Shown one piece after another: positions 1-9,150 of a stretch of 64,000 nucleotides of DNA. The first letter of the stretch is position 1; each line of letters opens with the position of its first letter. Made by a program: the position numbers and the translations under genes. A model generated the notes under the pieces. That model was given only the letters and a program-made list of their open reading frames with translations. It did no database searches and was not told the origin of the DNA. The DNA comes from Opitutia bacterium (GTDB lineage: Bacteria; Verrucomicrobiota; Verrucomicrobiia; Opitutales; T3Sed10-336): positions 22,195-86,194 of the forward strand of contig JBJHCF010000021.1 in assembly GCA_050506795.1 (NCBI GenBank), given 5' to 3'.

Positions 1-1
1 C

Positions 2-2341
2 ACGTTTTCGCCCGAACGCCGTGACTGGCACATCACCAATCATCGCGAGCTGCTCGCCAACGCCGCCAAAACGGAAGCGCGGCGACCGCCGCGAGGGGAA
101 TTCGATCCGAATGCGCTGGAAGTGGTGGAAGCCGAAATTAAGGCCGAAGTCAGGAGACAGGAACGGATCGAGTTGATCGAGCGGACCCTTCGGCCCACCT
201 TTCCGTATGATCCAGGGTCGCCGGAGCCGGACGGATTGAGGCACGATAACGCCGCTTTTCGCTTGAGGTTGGAGGAACGAATGGCCCAGGAGCAAGCAAG
301 GAGGTGGGAAGTGGAGCAGGCGCTTGATGAAATCGCCGCAAGGCATGGGATCGGCCGGACGGGCCGGCATCCCGATGGCCGCGGGTGGACTTTGGTTGGC
401 GAAGGCGAGAATGTCCCGATTCTCATGACCACCCAGAACGCGATCGCCGCTGCGACGACGTTTGCGGCGGACCTTTGGCCCACGGGTCTTTATCCGTGGC
501 AGGATCCGGCCTTGACGCGAAACCTTACCGGGGCCGGAGTGACCACCGCCATCTGGGAGGCCGATCCGAATCCGGGAATCCTGACGACGCATCAGGAGTT
601 TTTGGACGGCGGCGTTTCCCGGGCCACGCAGGTCGATTCAGCTCCTCCGGGAGATCACGCCACGGCGGTTGCCGGAGCGATTGCCGGCGGTGGAAATGTT
701 AACGTGTTTATTGACGGCAACAACATGGGCCGTTTGCTTCGGGGTGTGGTGTACGAGTCGGAGATTCGGGGGCATAGTCTGCTAAATTTTTCGGCGAATA
801 CAGTCGCTTCTGTACTGGGTGGCCAGCGATTTTCGAACCACTCTTATGGCGAGCTGAGCGGATGGGAGATTGTTTCTTACCAGGGTGCATTGTGGTGGTT
901 TTGGCGCTTTCCAGAGTTTGACAAGGACCCCAGGTTGGGAATGTATGCGGCTCCGGCGCAAGAGGGCATTTCGTCCGCCGATCTGGACGCTTTTGTTTTT
1001 TCCAACGAAATCCAACTTCCGGTTTATGCGGCGGGGAATGCGAGGTTCGGCGGTCCGGGCCAGCCTGTAGTCTATCTCACTCTAGACGAAAATGGGGTGC
1101 CTGTTACCTCGACGGCCGAACGGGCTTGGTTTAACGGCGGGCTTCCGGGGGAAACATGGACCGCCAGCTCGGTTGCCTATAATACCGTTCTCAATCCTTC
1201 CACCGCAAAAAACGTGCTATCGGTGGGGTCGATCCAGGACGCGACCGGCGCCACCATCGTTCTTTCAAGCTTTTCCGGGACCGGGCCGACGGATGACGGG
1301 CGCATCAAGCCGGACCTTGTTGCGGTTGGCGAGCGCAATACCGGCCTTGGATTGGGGAATTCCCTTTTCCTGCCCCGTGCCGGCAGCGATACCGATTATT
1401 ACGAAGAAGATGACAATCTGCGCGGGACAAGTTTTTCGGCGCCCCAGGTTACGGGGGCTCTCGCACTGGCCCAGGCGCGCCGCGAGGAACTTTTCCCGAA
1501 CGCGAGCCCATGGCTGGCTTCGACATGGCGCGCTCTGGCGATCCATACGGCCGAGGACGTTGCCACGCCGGGGCCCACCTACAAGAAAGGTTGGGGAATT
1601 TTTGACGCTGTGGCGCTGGTGGAGCGGATCGAAGCCGACGCGGAGTTGGGTCGCGGCGCGCTGATCAAGGAATTCGAAGTCGAGGAAGGGGAGCCGCAGT
1701 CGTTTCTGGTCAATCTTCCGGCCGACACGACCGGAAGATTGACCATTGCGTGGAACGATCCGGCGGGAGATCCCGCGCCAACGCATTCCGTGCTCGACGA
1801 TGACACGCCGATGCTTGTGAACGACATCGATCTCTTGGTAGAGGACATGGTTACCGGCGAGACTTACTATCCTTGGATTCTCGATCCTGATTTTGAGAAT
1901 CAACTGCCGCAGAATCGAGGGGCGCCGGCAATCAATACGGTGATCAATGGCGTCGAACCGAGAGATGATCGCAACAATGTCGAGCGGATTGATATCGAAG
2001 CGAGCCCCCAAGCCCGGACGCTTCGTGTCCATGTCTCCCCGTATGGACTGATTCAGGATGGGCCGCAAAAAGTCTCGATGGTTTTGAGCGGAGCGATTCC
2101 GGAAGCTCCCGTTGCGAGGGAGTTTGCTTCTTCGCTTAATCCTCAGGACGAAGATGAAGTGGCCTTCACGTTTACGTCGGACCCCGGCGCTTATTTCACC
2201 CTGGAAACCCAGCCGTTTCTGGAGTCTGGGGATTGGACCGCGGTGGAAACGGTTCACGCGACAAACGATGTAACTACTGTTCTGATATCGAGAAATCCGA
2301 ACGAAAACCGGCGATTCTGGAGAATTAGGAGAGGGGAGTGA
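2..2341 (+). CDS. S8 (subtilisin-like) serine peptidase, 5' end truncated by the window edge
   Basis: Frame open from base 2. Motifs DHATAVAG (His), AAGN (oxyanion Asn), STAKNVLSVG, DDGRIKPDLVA, GTSFSAP (Ser); short C-terminal domain ending RRFWRIRR. Confidence 0.9.
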   Translation, partial: TFSPERRDWHITNHRELLANAAKTEARRPPRGEFDPNALEVVEAEIKAEVRRQERIELIERTLRPTFPYDPGSPEPDGLRHDNAAFRLRLEERMAQEQARRWEVEQALDEIAARHGIGRTGRHPDGRGWTLVGEGENVPILMTTQNAIAAATTFAADLWPTGLYPWQDPALTRNLTGAGVTTAIWEADPNPGILTTHQEFLDGGVSRATQVDSAPPGDHATAVAGAIAGGGNVNVFIDGNNMGRLLRGVVYESEIRGHSLLNFSANTVASVLGGQRFSNHSYGELSGWEIVSYQGALWWFWRFPEFDKDPRLGMYAAPAQEGISSADLDAFVFSNEIQLPVYAAGNARFGGPGQPVVYLTLDENGVPVTSTAERAWFNGGLPGETWTASSVAYNTVLNPSTAKNVLSVGSIQDATGATIVLSSFSGTGPTDDGRIKPDLVAVGERNTGLGLGNSLFLPRAGSDTDYYEEDDNLRGTSFSAPQVTGALALAQARREELFPNASPWLASTWRALAIHTAEDVATPGPTYKKGWGIFDAVALVERIEADAELGRGALIKEFEVEEGEPQSFLVNLPADTTGRLTIAWNDPAGDPAPTHSVLDDDTPMLVNDIDLLVEDMVTGETYYPWILDPDFENQLPQNRGAPAINTVINGVEPRDDRNNVERIDIEASPQARTLRVHVSPYGLIQDGPQKVSMVLSGAIPEAPVAREFASSLNPQDEDEVAFTFTSDPGAYFTLETQPFLESGDWTAVETVHATNDVTTVLISRNPNENRRFWRIRRGE

Positions 2342-3048
2342 AGGCGCGAAGACATTTGTTGTTATGCTGCCTGATCGTTTTGGGTCTGGCACCCGTTGGC
2401 TTTATACACGCTTCTATCGTAGTTACCTATCGTGGCGATGAACCCAATGTGTTTGATTTGCGAACCATCGGACCAAGGCCGTTTGATATTAGCGGAAACG
2501 GAACACCGGATTTCGTATTTTTATCGGGCAGCTTTTTCGCGTCGCTCCTTTCCGAGGGCGATAACCGTTTTGTCGGCCGGTTGGGCCAGACGTTCGAGGT
2601 GGATAATATAACCTGGACAACGGACTCCCAGGTAATTCCGCTGCCCAAAGGCACCGAGATTGGTTCGGAGGCGAGCTTTCCGCTGGACGGCGAGTGGCAC
2701 CATCATACGGATAGCGGGGGTTCCGATTCGACCGGCTTTCTGTTAGGCTACGCTTCGAGTGGCCTGATGCAGCTTTCGAACGCGTACATCGGAGTCGAAT
2801 TTATGATCGATGAGAATGTTCATTACGGGTGGATTCATTACGAGGGTTTTAGCGTTTCTGAATATTTCCGTATCGATTCGCCCGGCGGCTGGGTGAATTC
2901 CTGGGCCTACAATTCCGTTCCCGGCGAGCCAATCTACGCCGGCCAGATACCCGAGCCGCGGACGTACGCCTTGTTGGCGGGGTTGCTGGTCCTCGGAATC
3001 GCGGCAGGGGTTCGCGGACGGAGGCGAGTGTTGGGCCGCGTCAAATGA
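2338..3048 (+). CDS. PEP-CTERM sorting domain protein
   Basis: Signal peptide; C-terminal IPEP, hydrophobic helix and RGRRR; GTGA overlap with the S8 stop codon. Confidence 0.9.
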   Translation: MKARRHLLLCCLIVLGLAPVGFIHASIVVTYRGDEPNVFDLRTIGPRPFDISGNGTPDFVFLSGSFFASLLSEGDNRFVGRLGQTFEVDNITWTTDSQVIPLPKGTEIGSEASFPLDGEWHHHTDSGGSDSTGFLLGYASSGLMQLSNAYIGVEFMIDENVHYGWIHYEGFSVSEYFRIDSPGGWVNSWAYNSVPGEPIYAGQIPEPRTYALLAGLLVLGIAAGVRGRRRVLGRVK

Positions 3049-3272
3049 GCGTTCAAAGAAGGAGTCTGCATGAGGTCGGGCGTGTGGAGTTCACCCTGGA
3101 ATGGCCGAGTGTGTTGGGGCGTGACTATCGCCTCCAGCGTACCGAAGATCTGCTGACGTGGACGGATATTCCCGGTGATATCCATGCGATCAGGGTGGTT
3201 TCATCGGCGGAAGTGACATCGTCGCCTTCGGGGAACCGGGAATTCTTCCGCATTGTGGAAGTGACTCCATGA
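3045..3272 (+). CDS. Small protein made only of a domain similar to the S8 peptidase C-terminus
   Basis: FTLEWPSVLGRDYRLQRTEDLLTW...NREFFRI parallels FTFTSDPGAYFTLETQPFLESGDW...NRRFWRI; ATGA overlaps at both ends. Confidence 0.6.
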   Translation: MSVQRRSLHEVGRVEFTLEWPSVLGRDYRLQRTEDLLTWTDIPGDIHAIRVVSSAEVTSSPSGNREFFRIVEVTP

Positions 3273-4021
3273 GTTTTGGTAAACCGATCGGAGGGGTGAA
3301 GGGCGTCTTGCCAGATCTTAATCGATTTGCTGTCGGGCTTATAGTTTTCGGAGCCTCACTGCTTCCACTGGACGGGGCGATCGTGTATTTCGAGCCTTCT
3401 GAGCCGGTTCCGGTGTTTGGTAGCTGGCCGCCTCTTACAAGAGAGATCGACATTAACAATAACGGGATCGTCGACTTTATTTTCGAGTCCAGCAATAGTC
3501 AGAGTGGTTTCAATGTACAGCCGCAGAACGGAAATCGGGCGTTGGCGGCTGTGCCCAATACCTCTGGTGCCTTTCCTTTGAACGGCGGCTCATTTATTGG
3601 GGGGATTCCTGACGATAATGTTTATTGGAGAGAAGATCAGTCGATTCTGGTTTCCTGCTTGCGTATAACGCCACCTTTTGACATAGGTTGTGGCGGACTT
3701 TGGGCGGAACAGATTAATCCAATCGGGGGTCATTACGAAGGTGTTATCGCCTTCCTGGGAGTTGAGTTTTGGGAGGATGATCAGGTCTATTACGGTTGGC
3801 TCGAAGTGGACACGGAAACGCTAGGCCCGATTGTCAACGGCGGCTACATCAATCGTTGGGCCTACAATTCCGTTCCCGGAGAGCCGATCTACGCCGGCCA
3901 GATCCCAGAACCGAGGACGTATGCGCTGATTTTAGGAGCTTTGGTGGCGGGATTGGTTGCGATGAAGCGAAGGCTGCCTTTGGGGCGGTCGGTTTCACAA
4001 CGGAGATCCGGAAGGAATTAA
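3269..4021 (+). CDS. PEP-CTERM sorting domain protein, paralog of 2338..3048
   Basis: Signal peptide, DINNNGIVDF, GVEF...YGW, identical WAYNSVPGEPIYAGQIPEPRTYAL, TM helix and KRR. Confidence 0.9.
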   Translation: MSFGKPIGGVKGVLPDLNRFAVGLIVFGASLLPLDGAIVYFEPSEPVPVFGSWPPLTREIDINNNGIVDFIFESSNSQSGFNVQPQNGNRALAAVPNTSGAFPLNGGSFIGGIPDDNVYWREDQSILVSCLRITPPFDIGCGGLWAEQINPIGGHYEGVIAFLGVEFWEDDQVYYGWLEVDTETLGPIVNGGYINRWAYNSVPGEPIYAGQIPEPRTYALILGALVAGLVAMKRRLPLGRSVSQRRSGRN

Positions 4022-4139
4022 GTCCGGGTGTTAACAAGTAGCGCCGCTCTTTAGACGGCGCTGAACCCGCTGGCAAAGCGAAGGGATAAAGGGTCTTTGA
4101 ACTGGAAACGGCGTCGCCCGGCTGGTACCGTTTACCATT

Positions 4140-5117
4140 GTGAAACGGATTCCCTCAAAGACGCGACGTTTTAGGCGCCCGGCATGGGTTTTGGCGGCGT
4201 TGGCCGCGATAGGGGTCGCGTTGGCCGTCACGGGAGGGTGCCGTACGGTCGAGGAGGCGATTTATGATGTCGGGACGGTTGTCGTGCGAAGTGCGGCCGG
4301 ATTTGGTGTCGGACGGGTGGAAACGGATACGCACGGCGAGCTGGCTTACTTTTACCGGGAGGGGGGCGGGCCGACGATCGTCCTGCTCCACGGGTTTGTG
4401 GCGCAGAAAGAAATGTGGCTGCAAATGGCGCGAAAGATACCGGAGGAATACGGCATTATGGCGATCGATCTTCCCGGCCACGGGAAAAGTGAACGGGTTT
4501 CCGGCGTCCGGTATCGTGCCGAGGATTTCGTCGATGCGATCGAGGATGCGCTCGACCGGCTGAACCTGGAGGACTTTCATCTGGCGGGCGCTTCGTTTGG
4601 GGGCATGGTTGCCGTGCGCTACACCCTGCGGCATCCTGATCGGGTGGAGAGTCTCGCCCTGTTCAATCCGGCGTTGCTTCATCCGCCGGAGGCCAGTGAC
4701 CTGGAGAAACGGATCGCCGAAGGCCGGAATCCAATCATGGTGACGGATCGAAGCGATTTCGACCGCCTGACGGAAATGCTCTTTTACGAGCCTCCTGTCA
4801 TGCCGTGGCCGGTGGCGCGGGTGCTCTCCCGCCGTGCCGCCGACGACCTCGAACATCGCGAACGGATGTGGGTCGACGTTTGGGAGAATCGTGACGAATT
4901 TCGCGAAGAACTGGCGGATCTGACCGCGCCGGTTTTTCTTCTTTGGGGAAGGCACGACCGGTTCATCGATGTATCCGCCGCTGAAATCGTGCGGGACTAC
5001 CTGGGAGATCGTCTCCACGAGTTTGTGATTCTGGAAGACGCCGGCCATTCCCCCATGCTGGAAAACCCGGAGGAGACCGCACGGCTGTACGCGGACTTTC
5101 TCGATTCGGTACGCTGA
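4140..5117 (+). CDS. Alpha/beta hydrolase (lipase/esterase), probable lipoprotein
   Basis: LLHGF, DLPGHG, GASFGG nucleophile elbow, WGRHD, AGHSP; basic N-terminus, hydrophobic stretch, then TGGC. Confidence 0.85.
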   Translation: MKRIPSKTRRFRRPAWVLAALAAIGVALAVTGGCRTVEEAIYDVGTVVVRSAAGFGVGRVETDTHGELAYFYREGGGPTIVLLHGFVAQKEMWLQMARKIPEEYGIMAIDLPGHGKSERVSGVRYRAEDFVDAIEDALDRLNLEDFHLAGASFGGMVAVRYTLRHPDRVESLALFNPALLHPPEASDLEKRIAEGRNPIMVTDRSDFDRLTEMLFYEPPVMPWPVARVLSRRAADDLEHRERMWVDVWENRDEFREELADLTAPVFLLWGRHDRFIDVSAAEIVRDYLGDRLHEFVILEDAGHSPMLENPEETARLYADFLDSVR

Positions 5118-5195
5118 AGAATCCGTGAGGAGCGCTGGTCGCAGGTGGTGAGTCGTCCTTGAACCAACGAGAAACCTTCTTAGAATATTGGTCTC

Positions 5196-6125
5196 ATGCC
5201 TGCGATGAATCATCCTGTTATTTTATTTTTATTTGTGGCGCTCCTGGCGTTTCTCGTGGCTTGCGGGGATTTGGAGCCGAGCGCGGAGAGTTTTCCCGAG
5301 GGTTACCATGAATCGTTCCGGGAGTGGGAGGAACACCGGATTGGTGTGCTCACCGATACCACCGGTTGGCTGCGCCTGGTGGATCGCATCTGGTTCGCGG
5401 AGGGTGAGAACACGTTCGGCAGTGGAGAGGACCACGATGTGCGTTTTCCGGAGGGTTCTATTCCGGAGAACGCGGGGACGTTCATCCTTCGCGATGGCGA
5501 GGTTTTTATGGAAGTGAATGACGGTGTGGAGGTCTTTCACGACGGCGAACCGGTAACGTCGTTGGCTATGCTGGTGGAAGACGGCGACGAGCGCATCCAC
5601 GCGCACCATGGCGATCTGACCTGGTTCATCGACCGCCAGGGGGATCAGCGCGGGGTCAAGATTTTCCGGGGCGATCGGCCCGAAGCCGATGACTTCGAAG
5701 GATTCCCGCGGTACGACTTGCGACCCGAGTGGTATTTGCAGGGCAGGTTTGTTCCGCGCTCGGAAGGTAACGCAATTGAGGTGGAGAATGTATTGGGGGA
5801 AACAGTACGCCGGCGCTCACCCGGGAGAGTCGAGTTCGAGATCGCGGGCGAGCGCCACACCCTGGACGTCTTCGAAGCATCGAACGGTTTTTTTCTCATG
5901 TTTGCCGACTTGACCAACGACACGGAAACGTATCAGGCCGGTCGCTACCTGATGGTCGATCCTCCCGATGCCGACGGTGTCGTCACCATCGACTTCAATA
6001 AAGCCTACAACCCGCCCTGCGCTTTCAGTCGATTCACCACCTGCCAACTTCCGCCTCCGCAGAACCGGCTCGATGTTGCGGTCACCGCGGGCGAGAAACG
6101 ACCGGTCGGATTCGAAGGCATCTGA
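5196..6125 (+). CDS. DUF1684 family lipoprotein
   Basis: LVAC lipobox; FADLTN..TY.AGRYL, DFNKAYNPPCAFS..TCQLPPPQNRL, AGEK. Confidence 0.85.
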   Translation: MPAMNHPVILFLFVALLAFLVACGDLEPSAESFPEGYHESFREWEEHRIGVLTDTTGWLRLVDRIWFAEGENTFGSGEDHDVRFPEGSIPENAGTFILRDGEVFMEVNDGVEVFHDGEPVTSLAMLVEDGDERIHAHHGDLTWFIDRQGDQRGVKIFRGDRPEADDFEGFPRYDLRPEWYLQGRFVPRSEGNAIEVENVLGETVRRRSPGRVEFEIAGERHTLDVFEASNGFFLMFADLTNDTETYQAGRYLMVDPPDADGVVTIDFNKAYNPPCAFSRFTTCQLPPPQNRLDVAVTAGEKRPVGFEGI

Positions 6126-6134
6126 TTTGTTGAG

Positions 6135-6272
6135 AAAATCGCGATCGAGATTGCGATTCTTCTTCCTGGAGGGCGGCGCTTCGCGCCGCCGGTGCGGGCA
6201 AGATGCCCGCGCTCCCAAGCCGGCGGCCATGCGGAAGCCTGGCCCTCCAGGGGAACGGCCGATGCGATTGGC
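6135..6272. repeat. Composite REP/REPIN-like element, copy 1 (three GGAG-headed palindromes)
   Basis: GGAG+GGCGGCGC-TTC-GCGCCGCC (6168-6190); GCGGGCA-AGA-TGCCCGC-GCTCC (6194-6215); GGCCATGC-GGAA-GCCTGGCC-CTCC (6225-6248). Inverted homolog at 10232-10420. Confidence 0.8.
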
Positions 6273-6333
6273 TTGAGCCTAAGTCTGCTTTTGTTATGTT
6301 GTTAACGAAGCCTTTAATACAGCGGAGATTGGG

Positions 6334-6429
6334 CTCACATGGAGGTACGCCCTCGACGAGCTCAGGCCGGTGGGAGACACGGAGGGTGCAATCGGACCCG
6401 CCTCCGTGAGCTCTGTGGCTCCGTGTGAG
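6334..6429. repeat. Long imperfect inverted repeat (CACGGAG/CTCCGTG type)
   Basis: CTCACATGGAG ... CTCCGTGTGAG outer arms; CACGGAGG ... CCTCCGTG inner arms. Confidence 0.55.
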
Positions 6430-6541
6430 ACCTTTTCCGGTTCAGCAAGCCTTCAGAATCGGGTGTGGTTTTAGGTAAACCTGCCACAATAGGACTAAAC
6501 GGCTTAGATAAAGGGCCTTACCGTGCCATTCGAGGTTTCTG

Positions 6542-7618
6542 TCAGCTTTCCGGCGGGGAGGGGCGTTTTTCACGTCCGAGGCGGGCGACGGTGGCGGTGA
6601 TGGCGAAACCGATGACAACCAGGCCCGCCGAGCCGGCGGCCTGGCTTGGTGTGGGTCGGAAAAACTCTCGGGGGTAATCCTTCGGCTCCACCGGCGCGCC
6701 GGTTTGGTCGTAGACCAGCAGGCCTTCCGCTTCGATGATGGTTTGCCCTTTAAGCATGGCGCCGACTTCGGGTTCCATTCCGTGCTGAAACGGCCACAGG
6801 CCGGCCACGGCTCCGAGGAGGAGGCCCAGGAGCAGGCCAAGCGTCGGGCCGGGGAAGCGGTGGAGGACGTACTTGACCAGGTTGGAGACGCCCGCGATGC
6901 CGGCCACCACGCCGAGGCCGACGGGAAGGGCGATTTGCCAGGCGGGCGGGAATCCCAGCGCGAAATCCAGTGTGCGGGCGGCGGTGACGAGTTGTTCGAT
7001 TCCTTCCAGGATGGTGACGTACACTCCGAGCAGCAGCAAGAGGTAGCCCCCGCTGATTCCCGGCAGCACCATGGCGCTGGCGGCGGCGACTCCGGCCAGG
7101 AACAACAGGAGGAAGCCGTCGTTGGCGCCGCCGGTTCCGGCTCCCTGGATTTGCAGGACGGCCATGGCGATCATAAAGAGGAGTCCAACGGCCGAACCCA
7201 GCCAGAATGATGCGGGTTTGCCCGCGGCCATTCGCCAGATCAGGGGCACTCCGCCCAGGGTGAGCCCGATGAATAAACTGTACATGGCCCAGGTGTGATC
7301 GATGACCAAACGGCTGATGAGCCCCGCAAAGGGACCAATCACCGCAACCGCGGCCACCAGGATCGTTCCCAGGAGAATGATTGCGTTACGACTGAAACGC
7401 AGGCGCGTGAGATCCGCGACCGCCTGAACGAATTGCGGGAAGACCCCGGCCGCCAGCAGCATGGTCCCCCCGCTGATGCCCGGCACCAGGTTGGCCATTC
7501 CCATCAGAGCCCCTCCCAGTCCCGCCCTCGCCAGCTGGCCGGGCGGGGGAAGGGCGCGTTTCGAATGATATTGCGTGGTGTCCGCTGCCTGAACGTTGGA
7601 AGGATGGTTGTCTGCCAT
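6542..7618 (-). CDS. DUF368 family membrane protein (putative undecaprenyl-phosphate translocase)
   Basis: Duplicated signature MGMANLVPGISGGT and SAMVLPGISGGYLLLLLG; many TM helices. Confidence 0.9.
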   Translation of the reverse strand: MADNHPSNVQAADTTQYHSKRALPPPGQLARAGLGGALMGMANLVPGISGGTMLLAAGVFPQFVQAVADLTRLRFSRNAIILLGTILVAAVAVIGPFAGLISRLVIDHTWAMYSLFIGLTLGGVPLIWRMAAGKPASFWLGSAVGLLFMIAMAVLQIQGAGTGGANDGFLLLFLAGVAAASAMVLPGISGGYLLLLLGVYVTILEGIEQLVTAARTLDFALGFPPAWQIALPVGLGVVAGIAGVSNLVKYVLHRFPGPTLGLLLGLLLGAVAGLWPFQHGMEPEVGAMLKGQTIIEAEGLLVYDQTGAPVEPKDYPREFFRPTPSQAAGSAGLVVIGFAITATVARLGREKRPSPPES

Positions 7619-7686
7619 GGTGCCTGAGCGCTTCCGGCAGAAAGAGGGTTTTCCCCCGGTTCGTCAAGCCGTGGGCATTTGTTGGT

Positions 7687-8184
7687 CTAACCCTGGTCCG
7701 CGGCGAGTTGCACCACCAGCCCGTCAGGATCGGGGAAATAGATACGGTTGCCGGTGACCCGCGGAGTGAGTCCGGCGGATCGCAACTTTTCCTCCGCGAC
7801 CTGAACGTTGTAGTCCTTGATTGAGTAGCAGTAGTGGTCCATGGCCGGTTCATCGCCACGAAAAAGGGCGAGGAAACCGCGGTCGAACGAGAGAAAACAA
7901 CTGCTTTCGCTTTCGCGAGTCACCGTCATGTCCAGCATGTCGCGATAGAAATCGCGCGAACGCGGAACATCGGTGACCCGAAGGGCGATGTGATCGAGCG
8001 CGGTGGCCTGAAACGGCGGGAAATCGTCGTTATTGTCGCCGCCGTCATTTTCGGTTTCGTCGGCGAACGCGGTTCGAATTCCCGTTGCCGAGGCGGTAAG
8101 GGCGAGGAGACCGGCGAGCATTTGCCGTCGGTTGATCCGGCCCTGGGTGAAGAGATCGATGAGGCGGTTGATTTCCTTTTCCAT
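7687..8184 (-). CDS. VOC/glyoxalase family protein with a Tat-type signal
   Basis: INRRQML twin-arginine motif; LDHIALRVTDV.RSRDFY, MDHYC, YFPDPDG; start placed at the ATG after GAAAGGA. Confidence 0.85.
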   Translation of the reverse strand: MEKEINRLIDLFTQGRINRRQMLAGLLALTASATGIRTAFADETENDGGDNNDDFPPFQATALDHIALRVTDVPRSRDFYRDMLDMTVTRESESSCFLSFDRGFLALFRGDEPAMDHYCYSIKDYNVQVAEEKLRSAGLTPRVTGNRIYFPDPDGLVVQLAADQG

Positions 8185-8415
8185 GTCCAGGTCCTTTCGT
8201 TCGGGTTTTCGTAGGATTTTAAAGGGGTTGCGTGTGTTTATTCTGCCTTTTTCCCCGGATTTTGCAACGGCGGATGGGAAGCGGGTGCCTGCGGGCACAA
8301 AAATCGACGCATCGAAAAGGATGCTGATCTATACAGGAGTTTCCTAATTAAGAACGATTTGGACGAAAAATGAAAAAGACGATTTCAGAGAAAATACTGT
8401 TATTTAATAAAAAAA

Positions 8416-8444
8416 GGAACATAACGCCGAACCTTCGAGTCAAT
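8416..8444 (+). promoter_or_regulatory. Putative ECF (sigmaE-type) promoter
   Basis: GGAACAT-N16-GTCAAT upstream of the fasciclin gene, preceded by an A/T tract. Confidence 0.45.
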
Positions 8445-8589
8445 ACCCAGCGTAACGAGTGAACGTTTTGAACGTTTCAAAATGATCTTCACCCGAAACA
8501 CTCAGGCTCATCCAACCGCACATGACGTGCGGAACGAACAAACCAACCTGAGCCAACAACTGAAAACCAAGAACCAGGAACCAAGTATT

Positions 8590-9078
8590 ATGAAAACCAA
8601 ACTGCTCACAGCCATCATCATCGGACTCTCCGCTCCCTTTGCCTTCGCGAATTACGGGGAAAGCGAAAAAACCGAGAAAAACATTGTTGAAATCCTGGTC
8701 GCTCCGCCGACCTTCCAAACCCTGACTGCGGCCGTTGAGGCTGCTGGTCTGCTGGACACCTTGGTTGGCGAGGGCCCCTTCACGGTGTTTGCTCCCACCG
8801 ACGAAGCTTTTGCCGCTTTGCCCGAAGGAACGGTGGAGGAGTTGCTCAAGCCCGAGAACCGCGACACCTTGGTGTCGATTCTCACCTACCATGTGGTGGC
8901 CGGTAAGGTGACCTCGGCCGACGTGGCTCCAGGGGACGTGCAGACCGTTAACGGAGCCTCGGCGCGAATTTCGGTGGAAAACGGTCATGTGGCGATCGAT
9001 AATGCGAGGATCATCGCTACGGATCTTGCGGGCGTGAACGGCGTGATTCACGTGATTGATGCAGTGATCCTGCCCTGA
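8590..9078 (+). CDS. Fasciclin (FAS1) domain protein, secreted
   Basis: Signal peptide; GPFTVFAPTDEAF, ILTYHVV, NGVIHVIDAVILP. Confidence 0.95.
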   Translation: MKTKLLTAIIIGLSAPFAFANYGESEKTEKNIVEILVAPPTFQTLTAAVEAAGLLDTLVGEGPFTVFAPTDEAFAALPEGTVEELLKPENRDTLVSILTYHVVAGKVTSADVAPGDVQTVNGASARISVENGHVAIDNARIIATDLAGVNGVIHVIDAVILP

Positions 9079-9150
9079 CGTTGGGGGGTGCGTTTGACAC
9101 TGAGGAATACAAGGCCTCCGCTGGCGATTGTCGGCGGAGGTCTTTTCTGT

